64,000 bases of DNA. Origin: Octopus vulgaris. Taxonomy: Eukaryota. The notes below the pieces were generated by a model. That model was not told the origin of the DNA and did no database searches. It saw only the letters and a list, made by a program, of their open reading frames with translations. Where the stretch lies: the NCBI GenBank assembly GCA_951406725.2, contig OX597825.1:4154001-4218000 (forward strand), read 5' to 3'. Shown here piece after piece: positions 1 to 14,127 of the stretch. Position 1 is the first letter of the stretch. Each line of letters starts with the position of its first letter. Both the position numbers and the translations under genes were made by a program.

Positions 1-1976
1 ATAGACTACAGAATTTTGAATTTATTTTATTTGTCTTGCCTCTATCATTATTGAAGAGATATGAGAAATATTAATAAGTACACACTTATTAGTATTCTAA
101 TATCTCTTGAATAAGCACATACCGAACTTCTAAAGGAGTTTAGTATTTGCTTTGTCTGTAAAAGTTGTACTTGTAAGCAGCCATTTTATGAAGAAGCACA
201 TCGAGAACAGAATAGACATTTTAGTTGAGGAACCTAATATTTAGATTAGCTTTAGTTAATCTTGTGTAATGGTAAAGCAAGAGATAAGTTTCGTAGTTTC
301 GCCGGAAACCTGCCTCCCAGATACGTTAGGTGATCCCTCGTGAATATAAATCCTAAGTTTTGAGGCAGAGGCATTGCATGGCTCATACCACACATGGTGT
401 ATGAATTTGTGCGGATATCAATCGAATTCTCGCGAGCGAAACTCAATTAGAAACATGGAGTAACTCCAAGCCTGAACATATATATTACCCCATAGACAAA
501 AAGCGATTTTACAGCTACACAGAAACTTAGAAAAGTTTACCTGACAAATATGTTCTATTGAAGTAAATATGAAGCACTCAAATGGAGAAATTTGTTAAGA
601 ATTGCTCTGGGAAAATATATAGAAAATATCATCTGTAATTCACTATTCATTTGTTAACACATATTAGCGTGTTTTTTTGCTACATTCGATTTTCAATTTA
701 TAATCATTTTGCAAAACCAACGAAAAAGAAAATAAATAAACTGTATGGTATTTGACCTTTGTGTAGCCCTTCCCACGTGTACGCTTTTAGTTCTTAAACG
801 AATAATGCGAAGAGGTCTCATAGTAAAACGATTGCAAAGGACATTTGAAACTGATACTGGAGAATAGAGTCATAAATTATTTAATTCCATCATCTAAAAT
901 TCCATGTTTTTGTGGAGATGGTGTCTGAATTATGCAAACCGAGTGAGGTAGGTAGTCTTTACTTGATCGGATTTGGATGAAGATTTCTTCTATAAGCCAC
1001 TTCTTTTATCTCCAAAGAAACTGAGACACAGCAATTTCGATGAAACATTGCGAAAAATGTATAGAAGTACGATGCTTGTTAAAAGTTCAATAATGTACCC
1101 AGGTGGAGAAAAATCAAAGGTGATAGTAATATATATGATACTAAGGTGAGTAGATGAATGGAAATTAATAAGGTGTAACATGTTTTTAAACATATTAAAT
1201 CAGTTTTAGCTTAAACGGTAATGTAAAATGTTTTAACATTTCTGACATTTGTTCATTAAATGAACATAACGTAAGTAAAGAAAAGGAGGGATGTGACAGA
1301 AGAATTGATGTTGAGAAGAATAAAAACGGACGTGGATTAAATTTATAAGATGAGAGAGGGTGCGGAGGTAAGGTGAAATGAAAGGTGAAAGTGATATAGG
1401 GTGCTGGAAATGTCTGTAAAAGTAGGGGTAAGAAACGCTATAAAGCGGAACGAGGTTTTGAATATACGGGCGAATAGGAAAAAAATGGGTTATATCTCGT
1501 GAAAAACAAAATGTTTTTTAAAAATTATTCTGTATGGGAAGGAAAAAAGTGAGAAAAGTGGAGTGGTAAAATAAAGGATAGAATTGGAAACATGGCGTAT
1601 AATTGGAAAAGAAAACAAACAAGAAAATATGAGAAGATGCAAAGACGAAAATTAGGAACAATTAACAGAAGAAAGAGTAGGGAAGAAAACTTCAGAGATA
1701 CACGAGGAAAATGGGGGGGGGGGAGAAAAAATATAATTAAATAAAACACTGAGGACAGAATGAGGTAAAATGTACCTAAAAATAAATTTTTTTGTGAAAA
1801 GTCCAATCAAGTACACAAATAGCAGTGTCTGGGGAGATGGCAATGTCTATATTATCTTCAAGAGCTTATACATGAAAATTAAAAATGTCATGCACTAACA
1901 GAAGCAATCGATAAACATAGACATGAATTAAGGTGTTTATAACAGAAGTAATAGACATACACAAACACACACACAT

Positions 1977-2037
<61 letters not shown>

Positions 2038-2199
2038 TGTGTGTGTGTGTGTGTGCACATAAATGCGAAACAAGGTCGAAGAAATTGTACTCGAATACCA
2101 GAAGTAGAGTAATATGCTTTATTAAAAAGCATCAAAAATATCACAAAAACTTTTACTCGAGGTTCACCTACTTGTGTATTTTGGTGCGGATAAGCTTTG

Positions 2200-2640
2200 T
2201 CAGACATAGGGTCTTCCAGTAGCCACATTCTCTACCCAGGGTAGCGCACACCTCCTCCAGGCACTTGATGTAGGTCTCCGTATTAAGTCTGAAGCCGTGT
2301 GGGAAGATGAATGGAGGCATTACGTCATCACTGGTGATCACTCCAACCAGCATGATGTTGACTGGATGTATACATTTTATCACTCTTGGTACATGTCCTC
2401 ATATTGCAGTGAGCTCAGATTGAAACCCAGACATTCTGAAATATTCGTAATGGAGCTTCGGGCGTGAATGCCAAGCTGTATATCATGTCGCTTCCAAATT
2501 TCTAGCTGAGTGAATTGCGTCATGCTGCTCTCTTTTGCAGACGGTGGCCAACTGACCCTACCGTACTGTGTAGTCGCCAAATCAGAAACAAACAATAGAA
2601 GCATAAAATGGCAGCAAATTTTCAATCGCACTATCCCTTC
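2200..2640 (-). mobile_element. Tc1/mariner transposase relic (internally deleted, frameshifted)
   Basis: Minus-strand ORF pieces MTQFTQLEIWKRHDIQLGIHARSSITNISECLG (HTH-like N-terminus) and HPVNIMLVGVITSDDVMPPFIFPHGFRLNTETYIKCLEEV (resembles the Tc1/mariner catalytic-domain segment 'VMV.G.I...G..P..F......N...Y...L'). TIRs not resolved. Confidence 0.7.
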
Positions 2641-2789
2641 TGTCTGTGTGTCGGTGTGTCTGTCTGTTTTCTCTCTCTCCCTCCCTCTCTCTCTTTCTCT
2701 CTTTCTCTCTCTCTCTCTATGTATATATATATTACAGTTATGTTGAAACAGGTGCTACTGCAAAGTGCAGCATTGACGTCAAAACATTT

Positions 2790-3267
2790 GTAGAGTAAAT
2801 TTTAAAGCTTTGCAAAAACGCCAATTTTAGTTCAACGCACTAATTTGGATAGAGTTACCATTTTTATAAGAATGGGCTGGATCATATCTTCAAGCAGCTC
2901 CAGAAATTGTGAAGAATGAATTTGTGCGTGGTCTGTTTCTGACAGTAATTCTATTGGACCTCTGTGTAATCTGCTGTGTTTAACGTTGTTCTAATGATTC
3001 GGCATTAACTATTGCAACATGTCTTTGCTGTTCTTGAGAAAATCGTATCTTCCTTCTCTCTTGAGATTCCATCAGACGTGCATCAGCATGCCTTTTTGAT
3101 CTTGGGTAAGTCTCAACTCCCGTCTCTCTTGAGAATCTATCCGACCAACTTCAGCATGCCTTTGCTGATTTTGAGAAAGTCTCATCCCCCTTATCCCTGA
3201 TTTTCTGCAATCCTCCTTGCTTGATAGATATTTTTGGAGCTATTATGTTTTTTTTCTGTTTTGGCAT
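2790..3267 (-). mobile_element. Helitron RepHel N-terminal relic with STPR-like repeats
   Basis: Three ~69-nt repeats (anchors at 3015, 3084, 3152) translate on the minus strand as RLSQNQQRHAEVGRIDSQERRE / RLTQDQK-HADARLMESQERRK / RFSQEQQRHVAIVNAESLEQR. They are followed by AA*RYDPAHSY...FCKALKF, like Helitron N-terminal regions. ATG at 3267; stops and a frameshift are present. Confidence 0.62.
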
Positions 3268-3550
3268 ATAATTTTTCGATATTGTAATCAAAATGTATGA
3301 ACATGGAACAAATATACATTCACCTCTATTTTTGTAAGCAGTTGTATGTTCTACTATCTCGTACGTATCGAACGCGCAAATACAGGCAGAGGGACAGATT
3401 CATACACTCTCACACATACACTGACAGGCACACATCATTCTCATACAAAATGTGAAGAATATAGAAAGATTATATCTATAAAATGTTATATTATTTTAAT
3501 GGAAATCAAAAACATTAATTTAACGGTAAATGCCAAAATTATTATAGATA

Positions 3551-3619
<69 letters not shown>

Positions 3620-4046
3620 TAGGCACATGTATTAAATGATACTTTAGGGGTTAATATGTGATTGTAAATATCTTGCAAATGGAGCGATAGTTATTAACTG
3701 GTAATTGAACGATAAATGTGTATTTTAATATACCTTCGACTTAATGTTATCACATTAGAATTAAAAGTGAAAGAGTAAAAGTGAAACCGTATTATAGTCT
3801 TATAACATTGAACTTAAAGCTGGAAAAGTAAAGTGAAGCAACGTTCACTTTTGACACGTAATATCGAATCAGAATAAAGGGTTGCTCCGGGCAGGCATTA
3901 GGGGATACGTTAAAATTACTTTTGTGCCATGACACTCCAGGAATACTAAGTAATGCATTTGTAAAATGTGAATGAAAATTGTTGGGTAGTTCGCGAGTTT
4001 TATGTATTCTCACATACTGACAGGCAGACACACATTGCCAGTTATA

Positions 4047-4114
4047 TACTTTGATACTTTGATAGGTTTCGGCCATTATTGGCCCAGGCCATGTCTAACT
4101 TAATAGCACCACCT

Positions 4115-4116
<2 letters not shown>
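4047..4116 (-). mobile_element. 70-bp 3' end of the CR1-group LINE family found at 39107-42340
   Basis: Reverse complement CCAGGTGGTGCTATTAAGTTAGACATGGCCTGGGCCAATAATGGCCGAAACC is near-identical to 42266-42318. It ends in a (TCAAAGTA)x2 tail and abuts (TA)n. Confidence 0.85.
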
Positions 4117-4159
<43 letters not shown>

Positions 4160-4161
<2 letters not shown>

Positions 4162-4531
4162 ACAATTGAGGGTAAACATTAATTAATTAATCAATTTCAC
4201 CAAGTGTTCAGTTTGTAAAAGGACCATTTAAGGCGAATTCAAAATTTTACATTATATAATTAGGGCTTAGTAAAATAAATTACTTTGCCACATACTGAAC
4301 TTAGTAGAAATAGCAGCCAAAAAAAATTTTCTTAGCATTTCTACAACTTAAAGAAAATTTCTCTCAGATAATGTTTACTCCAAACCTTCGTGGGCTGTCT
4401 GGAGTAAACATTATCTGAGAGAAATTTTCTTTAAGTTGTAGAAATGCTAAGAAAAATTTTTTTTTTTTTTTGGCTGCTATTTCTACTAAGTTCAGTATGT
4501 GGCAAAGTAATTTATTTTACTAAGCCCTAAT

Positions 4532-4539
<8 letters not shown>
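4160..4539. repeat. Fold-back cassette in (TA)n: ~132-bp inverted repeat plus unique extension; probable Penelope-type inverted pseudo-LTR
   Basis: Arms 4251-4382 and 4400-4539 are near-perfect reverse complements (a T-run differs), with a 17-nt spacer. A unique 90-bp extension lies on the left and (TA)n lies on both sides. Confidence 0.85.
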
Positions 4540-4580
<41 letters not shown>

Positions 4581-4585
4581 ATATA

Positions 4586-4626
4586 TTGTTTCAGCTCAGA
4601 GCTGCGGCCATGCTGATGCACCGCCG

Positions 4627-4627
<1 letters not shown>
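4586..4627 (-). mobile_element. Isolated 3' tail of SINE family A in (TA)n
   Basis: Reverse complement CGGCGGTGCATCAGCATGGCCGCAGCTCTGAGCTGAAACAA matches the family-A tail (compare 35751-35778 GCATGGCCGCAGTCAAATGTCTGAAACA). Confidence 0.6.
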
Positions 4628-4670
<43 letters not shown>

Positions 4671-4744
4671 ATATGTGTGTGTGTGTATGTGTGTGTATGT
4701 ATGTATAAATATATATATATATGTATGTATTTATATCTATATGA

Positions 4745-4792
<48 letters not shown>

Positions 4793-6909
4793 CGAAATGA
4801 AAAGTGCCGGCACAGGATCTTCAAATATTCTTAAGTACAGAACCTGGAACTATACAGAATATTCAACTATTAAACCTGGAAATTTACAAGACAAACCTTA
4901 GAATATTGCTACGGAAGTAGAATAGTAATAAATTCTCTTTTATATATTTAAAAAAATACTTTACCTAACGATTTAAATTAAAATACACAAGAAGATATTT
5001 ATTTTCAATATCAGTGAAAAGGCTAATTGGCTGCTAGATTACACATTAACAATTTAATATTACAATTATATACATTTAAAAAATCGCATAATACCAATTT
5101 AAGCACAATTGCCAATTATAACCCGAAGTGTTTTTTTTTTCTTTTTTCTAAAGCTATCGTGCATTTCTACATTTTGCTTTCAATTTGTTCATTAGCGTCC
5201 ATTTTTTCGTATATTTTTCTCTCTGTAAATAGAAAATACTTTGTTATCTCATAATGCAACCTTTAAAGAAATTAATTCCTTTGTTTATCTGAAAGTAATT
5301 CTTTTAATTACTTTTTACTCTCTTGAACTATATATATTCAGCGACTTTAATTTCATAGCAATATCTGTAATTTAAAATTTTTGGATAATGAGTTTTGTTA
5401 AGAAAAAAAATATTTTAGCTTAATTCAAAGAAATATTTTAATTTTTAAAAAAGTGACTTGAATTTTGCAAAAATTGCCATAAAAACTAACAAATATGAAG
5501 AAAAGAAATAGTGTACAAACTATTTAATGAATTATTTCAGATTTTTTTTAGGAAAATTTTACTTCAGCAGCAATATTTTAAGTTTCTTGTTTTCTTCTTG
5601 TCTTGTATTTAGCAATGCTTATTTGCTGCTTGTTCTGTACAGTTCCAGGTTCACTACTTGAGAACACTGCTCTTGCACTTTTGATTCCAGTCCACATTTA
5701 TTCCAGGCAACGCCTACCTTATTATAATTTGCTATATTTATGTATATTATTGAAAGAATTACAACTGAAACTATTTTTTAATGCATATTGTGTTCGAAAT
5801 TGGAAATTGATTTTGTACCCGGACATTATACTCAGAATTTGTTTTCCCCTAGTGTTGGTGCCATTGGCTTCATCTGCCTGATTTCGATTGTTTAGAAATC
5901 ATGTTACCACTTTTCTAGTTTACATTTTATAAAGAGATCGTGCTGCTTACGACATAGCATGCCATGATGCTGTCTGACAAACACATGTCCAAAAGTCAAT
6001 ATTTACTACATCAATCTCTGAATGGCCGAGCATCTGCCCCCAAAAATGAACCATAGTAAATTTCACACCATTTGATTTTATGCATTTCACAAAAGGGAAA
6101 AAAATCATGGAGTTTTACTGTATTCAATTCAATTCGTATTGAACGTTTAACATTACACAACAAGATATAAGCTATTATTATTACAAATTAACCAAGTACA
6201 ACAATATTCGTTTCCTATTTCTTTCGTTTTTCTTTAAATGTATCCGTTGATCTTATATCATGTTATCTGATGATGTGTAATTACTCAGTAGTTTGAACAT
6301 ATCCTGTCTTTTACAACTACATGCACTAAACGGATCTGTTACTTTAATGTCTGAAAAGCACAGTCTAAGTTTAAATGATATCAACAGCTGGGGGCATGGC
6401 AAATGTTACTACTATCTCCACTCTTCTTTATCCGAATATGACATGTTTTCTTACCGAAAACATGCTTTTAGTATATATACATAATACTTGTTTCTTCAGT
6501 TCGCTTCACCCACCTTTATGAGGAAACACTTCGACAAAACGTGCATAAGACTGTCAACGTTTAGATTTGAATGTGCTGGAATTGATTCAATATCAATCAT
6601 CTAAATGCATATAGCTGGTATGTCAAAGGACAAAAGAATGCTTATGCAGCTCCCTTGTAGGAAGAGAATATAAAGAAAAATAAATATGGAACAAGTTTAA
6701 GTCTCCATTCTTCATTATCATGTCTTGATTATACAGTCTGTAAACCGAATCAGATCCACTGAAGCTAATTCATTATTTACCTATCGATTTTAGTACAATT
6801 TAATTCTTTATCTGAAGCATTGCTTGCGTTCCATATTATTTTAAGTGTTTAGACTGATCTGGAGAGTATCAGAAAAGTAGTAAAGTACCTACTCCTTATT
6901 CCTTTAGAT

Positions 6910-6976
<67 letters not shown>

Positions 6977-6980
6977 ATTG

Positions 6981-7466
<486 letters not shown>

Positions 7467-7512
7467 TATACATATATATATATATATATACATACATACA
7501 TGCATACATATA

Positions 7513-7548
<36 letters not shown>

Positions 7549-9059
7549 AATATATATATTCACACACACACTTTTTATTTATGCCGCAAAATTATCACAG
7601 AACGAACTGTCACTCAGATTTTCTCGCTTCCGTCCGTCAGACAGTTGCGAGAGCTTACGATGTCCTGCAAACTACCATTGAATTAAAATTATGCCTCCTT
7701 ATTATCATTCTGATTCAGGCGCTTTCTGCTTCTCGTAACTCCCATATTGCGCTGTAGAATACATGCTGTAATCTGTCGATCATGAGAGGCTGGATGAGAT
7801 CCATCAGTTCTTCTCTAATAGTTTTCTAATTTATTTTGTAGATTTGAATTTTTAGTAATAAGCATTACTATAAAATGACACATTTCTCTGTCTTTTGTCG
7901 TCCTCTTTTTCGTAACCGTTATTAGCTTCCGTAGGAAATGGGTCACGATTTAAAATATAATGCTCTTAAAATATAATCTACTATTCACTAGCTCTGTCAT
8001 TTCAAACGCAATATCGCCCCCAGGTAAAGCTCTCTATCTTATTTAAATTGAAATACTCTGAACATATTTGTACATATTTTTTTACGTTTGAATATTTTTG
8101 GTGCGTTTTATTCCAAATTATTTTTTGCATGTTACTTCTTTTTTGATTTTTATTTCATGAAAAATTTCGTAAAATTGACTGACAACGAAATGATTAAGAA
8201 CAGAAGAATATTTCGAAAGGAAACCAAATTTAAATGAGGTAAAATACAATGTAAAATTAAAGGAAGCCAACGAAAGCATTTTATTGACCAGGTGGTGAAG
8301 TTAAAAATTGAAAGGAAACACCATGTATTATAGAGAGTAATAGTTCATTTGGTTTCTTATTTAGATTTCTTCAGGGCATGCTCACAAGAATATTAAATCA
8401 GCTTGCTTCGTCACGAAATCTTTAAAAGGAAATAGGAATTGCTGGTTACTAAGAATTAAAGTTAAACTAACTGTGACATCATAATTATATTTTCTTTTCA
8501 GTGAAAAGAACATAATGTAAAAATCCTATTCTGCTAATCTGCATCAACACCGATGCTGCAGTTACCGCCATCATTGCTATTGACGCGTTCATTTTCCACA
8601 ATTCTTTCTGTTGTTCTTTCAAATATATATTCACAGCTCTTTAATTACTGAACATTTTAAAGATACTATCAAGTAGCTCGTTAACGAATTTAAATATACA
8701 TTAGCATATTTTGTGCAGAAAACAACATTTAGTGAATGAGTCACTGTGTTCGGCTTTCTATATCCAGCGACTTCTACATGTTGGGTCTGTTCACTTAGGA
8801 ATGCAAACTATTCTCAACTCAAGCCTGAAGTAGTTCAAAGCAGCATCTAACGTAACTCTAGATCCACATGAAGAATGATTCTCTGCACTTCCGAGTAGGT
8901 GCACTTAATATTCCAATAAAGAATAAACTTAGAATTTTCTTGCAAGAAATTTTGAGTTATGGCCATATTGTAAGACATGTACCCACGTAAACAGAATTAA
9001 GATCGTAAACCAAGGTACGACGTAAACAGTGTTGGTGTAGGTGCTGGTGCTTCATGAAA

Positions 9060-9270
9060 TACACTGTTGATGGGGCCACGTAAAATGCACCCAGTACTTT
9101 CTATAAAGTGTTTGACGTTAGGAAGGGCATCTAGACGTAGAAACCAATCTTAAAAACAAACTATGAAATCCTGGTGCGACGACTGGCCATGCCATTTCCA
9201 GTCAACACGTCGGAACCATGTAAACATGAATAAGAAGATTTAGATAGTGGTGATGATGATGACGATGATG
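9060..9270 (+). mobile_element. Degenerate SINE/LINE 3' tail ending in (GAT)n
   Basis: GTTAGGAAGGGCATCTAGACGTAGAAACC...CCATG followed by a (GAT)n tail; resembles RTE-associated SINE tails from recollection only. Confidence 0.45.
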
Positions 9271-9800
9271 ATAATGATATTTTAATCATCGTAATCGTCA
9301 TCATTGCTATTGCCATCTCTATCATGTCCAGCGCTAAAATCATTATGAAGCAACTCATCGAAAAACACAACATAAACATCCGTAGGTCGAAATGACAGAA
9401 AGGTTCACTGATATTTAACAGTTTGTTATTCTGTAAATGTACGTGCGTGTGTGTGAGTGTGTGGGTAAGCGTGGGTGTATATCTCTGTGTATCTCTATGT
9501 ATGCGAGCGCACATGCATAGATATATGTATGTATGTATATATACTAACCACGGGAGAGAAACTGAAAAGTGGATAGCAGCAAGTACACGCACACACACGT
9601 AACTTAGTGATGAATATTCATATAGATTTATAAATATTCCGATAAGTTTCTTGCCACCCGCAGATTTCCTGAACACTCCACCAGAGAAATAAATGTAATT
9701 TCTTATGAAAGCTGCTGATTCATCTACTTTCCAATTATATTACTGTCAGCGAATCTGCGAGCATGTGAGAGTGTGCTCAACTGCGTACAGATTGCTATGA

Positions 9801-10176
9801 GGAGGCGCAATGGCCCAGTGGTTAGGGCAGCAGACACGTGGTCGTGGCATCACGGTTTCGTTTTCCAGACCGTGTCTGAGTGTTTATTGATAGAAAACTC
9901 CTAAAGCTCCACTAAGCTCCGGCAGGGGTGGTGGCGAACCCTGCTGTACTCTTTCACCACACATTTCTCTAACGCTTTCTACCTGTTTCTGCTGTACATG
10001 TATTTCGAAGTGCCAACCTTGTCACACACTGTGTCACACTGTATGTACCCGAGATCTACGTTAATGTTACATGTGTCTATGGCATGCTCGGCCACTTATA
10101 CGTTAATATCACGAGCAGGCTGTTCCGTCGATAGGATCGATTTGAACCCTCGTCGACGTAACCGACGGAGTGCAAC
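9801..10176 (+). mobile_element. tRNA-derived SINE family C (tail type 1)
   Basis: Head GGAGGCGCAATGGCCCAGTGGTTAGGGCAGC...GGTTTCG; core CCGGCAGGGG...CCCTGCTGTACTCTTTCACCAC shared with 21607-21906. Confidence 0.85.
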
Positions 10177-10270
10177 TAGACAGGAAGCTATGTGAGTGCG
10201 TGTACATGTATTTAAATATTACGCAAATACGCACGGAAAATATTACTCGTGATTGAAACTTATCATGTTC

Positions 10271-10330
10271 GTAGATACTGGGACCCAGCGCCCCTAGTGG
10301 GTAATAAAGAAAGTAGATATTGGGACCCAG
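10271..10330 (+). mobile_element. 24-nt retro-insertion (terminal stem-loop of SINE-B tail A) with 18-bp TSD
   Basis: GTAGATACTGGGACCCAG (10271-10288) and GTAGATATTGGGACCCAG (10313-10330) flank CGCCCCTAGTGGGTAATAAAGAAA, which matches GCCCCTTGTGGGTAGTAAAGAAA at 48881-48903. Confidence 0.85.
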
Positions 10331-10592
10331 TTAATTTCTTAATCTATATTTTTGCTTCCGGTCAAACAGCTGCAAGGAGTAACGATTAGTTTTGTCACAT
10401 ACGCTTCTGTCCCTGTCACGTTCCTGTGCTCGTTACTTTGTGTAACATGTCTATGATTGAGATTATCATTTCAAATGCTAATGAAGACTCAGGTTACTCG
10501 AAATACCAAAAGAAAGCGTCGTATACGTAGAGGAATAACAATCGCTTTAGTGACATTCCAGTAATATTTACAACAGTTCCACATTTGTGGGA

Positions 10593-10962
10593 ACACATGG
10601 AATGTGATGTGTAAATCCGAGAAAATCTCGATTCTTCCCACGCCAATCTGTCTCCTTTTCTCTTTATGTGTAGTTTATCCTGAGCAGTGTTGCTGTAGTA
10701 TTGACATACCGGTGTATGATTTCCTCATTCGCGAGCAAGTAGACACAATAAATCCCAAATACACATAAATGTGCACACATGGAATGTGATGTGTAAATCC
10801 GAGAAAATTTGGATCTTCCCACGCCAATGTGTCTCCTTTTCTCTTTATATGTAGCTATATCCTGAGCAGTGTCGCTGTAGCATTGACATACCGGTGTATG
10901 ATTTCCTCATTCGCGAGCAAGTAGACACACTAAATCACAAATACACATACATGTGCACACAT
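10593..10962 (+). repeat. Two-copy tandem duplication, ~182-bp unit
   Basis: Unit ACACATGGAATGTGATGTGTAAATCCGAG...AATGTGC starts at 10593 and 10775, with scattered substitutions; ACACAT occurs at all three boundaries. Confidence 0.95.
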
Positions 10963-12051
10963 ATATACATTCATATATTTATATAGGTATGCGAGTTTGC
11001 ATAAATATACACTTACATTAGACGCATAAGAATACATATATCCACACATACGCACACTTATATATATATTATGTGCACATATATGAAAGGATATGTGTCA
11101 CTGAATTACATAGAGACAAGTATGTCTGTGCATATATTTCTACATGCGTTTCGCTTGTTTTAGGAAGATATTTACTTTCTGTATAAATTTCTGTATAATA
11201 TTACATGAAGATATTTTCTTAAATTGCGGAAGCTAATGTTTAATGCATATTTTGATAGATAATATAACATTTCCATGAGAAATATCTTGCATATATTGTA
11301 AGAATTACACAAAAACATAAGGGTTCTTTAAATTTGTATATTTAAGCTTAATAAAACAGAAATGCTACAAAATATATTTATGGATTGATTCTTTAAACTT
11401 TACCATCTTTGAATATTGTTCAGATTCTTGTAATTGAATTTAAGTCAATGAATATTTCACGAAATGAACAAACATAAAAATCCCTCATGCTTCGAAAACG
11501 CATTATGAAAGATAATTATATTTGCATATTCGTATCAATGCATCTAATGAAATATTTATCAGTACTTTTATTAAGGTATTTCTCTCTTTTTTCCTTTTTT
11601 TTTATAACGTTATTGCTGATAATAAAGATAGTGCCAATGATTCTACCAGAAACACTGATTGGATATCTTTTCCGTAGCGCAGAACGTTTAATACAGCATC
11701 GTGTACGCGAGAAAAAAAATCCTACAACAATGAAATTTCCGAGTATCTTGACACGAAAGTAAGTAACGAAACTCACTTTGAATATGGTACCCTTTATAAA
11801 AGGAGGTACGAAGGTATTTTAAGGTGATATAACGGAGTATACGATATGTATTATCTAGACAATTGATGATGAAGTGAGAAGGCTAGAAATAGAACACAAT
11901 CTAGGAGATTCTGTGAAACTCATAGAATTAGTTGGAAGTTTTATCTCCTATCTCTTTCTCACCAAATACTTTCGCTCCCATAAATAATTAGAAACACACG
12001 TTGGCACTTGCACACACATACACACCCGCTCGCAAGCACACACATACACTA

Positions 12052-12130
<79 letters not shown>

Positions 12131-12252
12131 CTCACACACATATACACATCTATATGTGGTTACATTCTACAATACTCTTCTGCTCCTTATTTTAATTTCC
12201 CAATTTTTCCGTATATCACGCTTACGCTGAATGAGGTAATAACATGAATATA

Positions 12253-12342
<90 letters not shown>

Positions 12343-12862
12343 GAATTAAAGTGAAATAACCGTAACAGAAGGGAAACTAACTGAGTATGGTAATTAGATA
12401 TTGATACAAATACCACTGAAAACCGATCCTTTAAAAAGCGAATACGGTACGTCTTGTAAACATAGATACTTGCAACACGATGGTGAGCTCATCAATGAAA
12501 TGCCAATTCTCAGCGATGCGCTCGATTAGATGTGTAACGAGGTTTCACAACAACGGTAAATATGGTAATGGTTAGGTAATGCAATTATATAAGTGATTCC
12601 GTATTTTCCCAATGACTCTATCTCTTCTACTAGGCAGAATCTGCTTTCACCTTAAGTCAAGTCATCCAAAAATCAAAGTCAAATCACTCGCCAATATTTT
12701 AGCAAATGCCATTTTGAACGTTTCGTTAATAACTTTGGTGTTACTGATAGAAATCCAGGAGAAAACTTAGTCAAAACATTTATCTGGTAATAATGTATCA
12801 CCATCGTTTTGTTTTATTTTATTTTACACCGAAAGTTACCAAAACGAGTTGTACTAAATTCT

Positions 12863-12865
<3 letters not shown>

Positions 12866-12932
<67 letters not shown>

Positions 12933-12969
12933 CATTATTATTATTATTATCATCATCATCATCATCATC

Positions 12970-13042
<73 letters not shown>
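12866..13042. repeat. (ATT)n/(ATC)n microsatellite
   Basis: Direct reading. Confidence 0.98.
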
Positions 13043-13045
<3 letters not shown>

Positions 13046-13760
13046 CCGATAGTAAAATGATAACGTGTAGAAACAGAATTGTTTCGATTAAGTCCATTTC
13101 TAGTCCATTTCAATCAAATCATTGTTTAGCACATTATATCGAGGGGAAAATCTACGTAAGAGGCATATCATTCAAACAATAAGTATTATGGAAGGACTGA
13201 TGAAATCAATGGTGGCAACTAGCGAATTACATTAGAGATGTAACCACTTCTTTATTAAAGCAACGAAATTGGATTTAGAGACAAAAATTAAGTCTCTTTT
13301 TTTTTTCTCAATTGATAATTCACTAATTTCTACATTGTGAAAATAATAGAGTTTTCTGAGACTCAACTTAACATCGAATTTTATTGCGGATACATTTCGA
13401 ATTGAGAATAGCCTTTGAACGTGCCAAGCGAAGCAAAGTTAATTTGGCGATAGTTACAAGAAAAAGGGAAATCGTGATAAAGCGAATTCTATTGAACACA
13501 GATACACAATTAAATTCAGGAAAACTCACGCTCTTGCAGGCATAATCAAGTACACACACACACGTACAGGAACACGCACACACGCATGTATACGCACACG
13601 AACACACACATAATATCAGCCGGCCGATATGGTGCTCCTGCTTGCTGTGGGAGTTTGCCTCTCTTATCAGTTATAGAATTATACTCTGTTCGTGGCTAAG
13701 AGTTATTTGACTCTTATTTCTAGCGACGGTTTGGTTTCAATTTGCATTTATCCACCTAAA

Positions 13761-14049
<289 letters not shown>

Positions 14050-14050
14050 C

Positions 14051-14127
<77 letters not shown>

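Noticed and set aside
750-1860. Possible very old Penelope ORF debris (also 62400-63100)
   Set aside because: Only faint motif echoes (for example SQFLWR*K) in purine-biased sequence; cannot be supported by eye.
3880-4046. Possible non-autonomous Helitron-like end
   Set aside because: Resemblance from recollection only; no clear terminal hairpin or CTRR motif identified.
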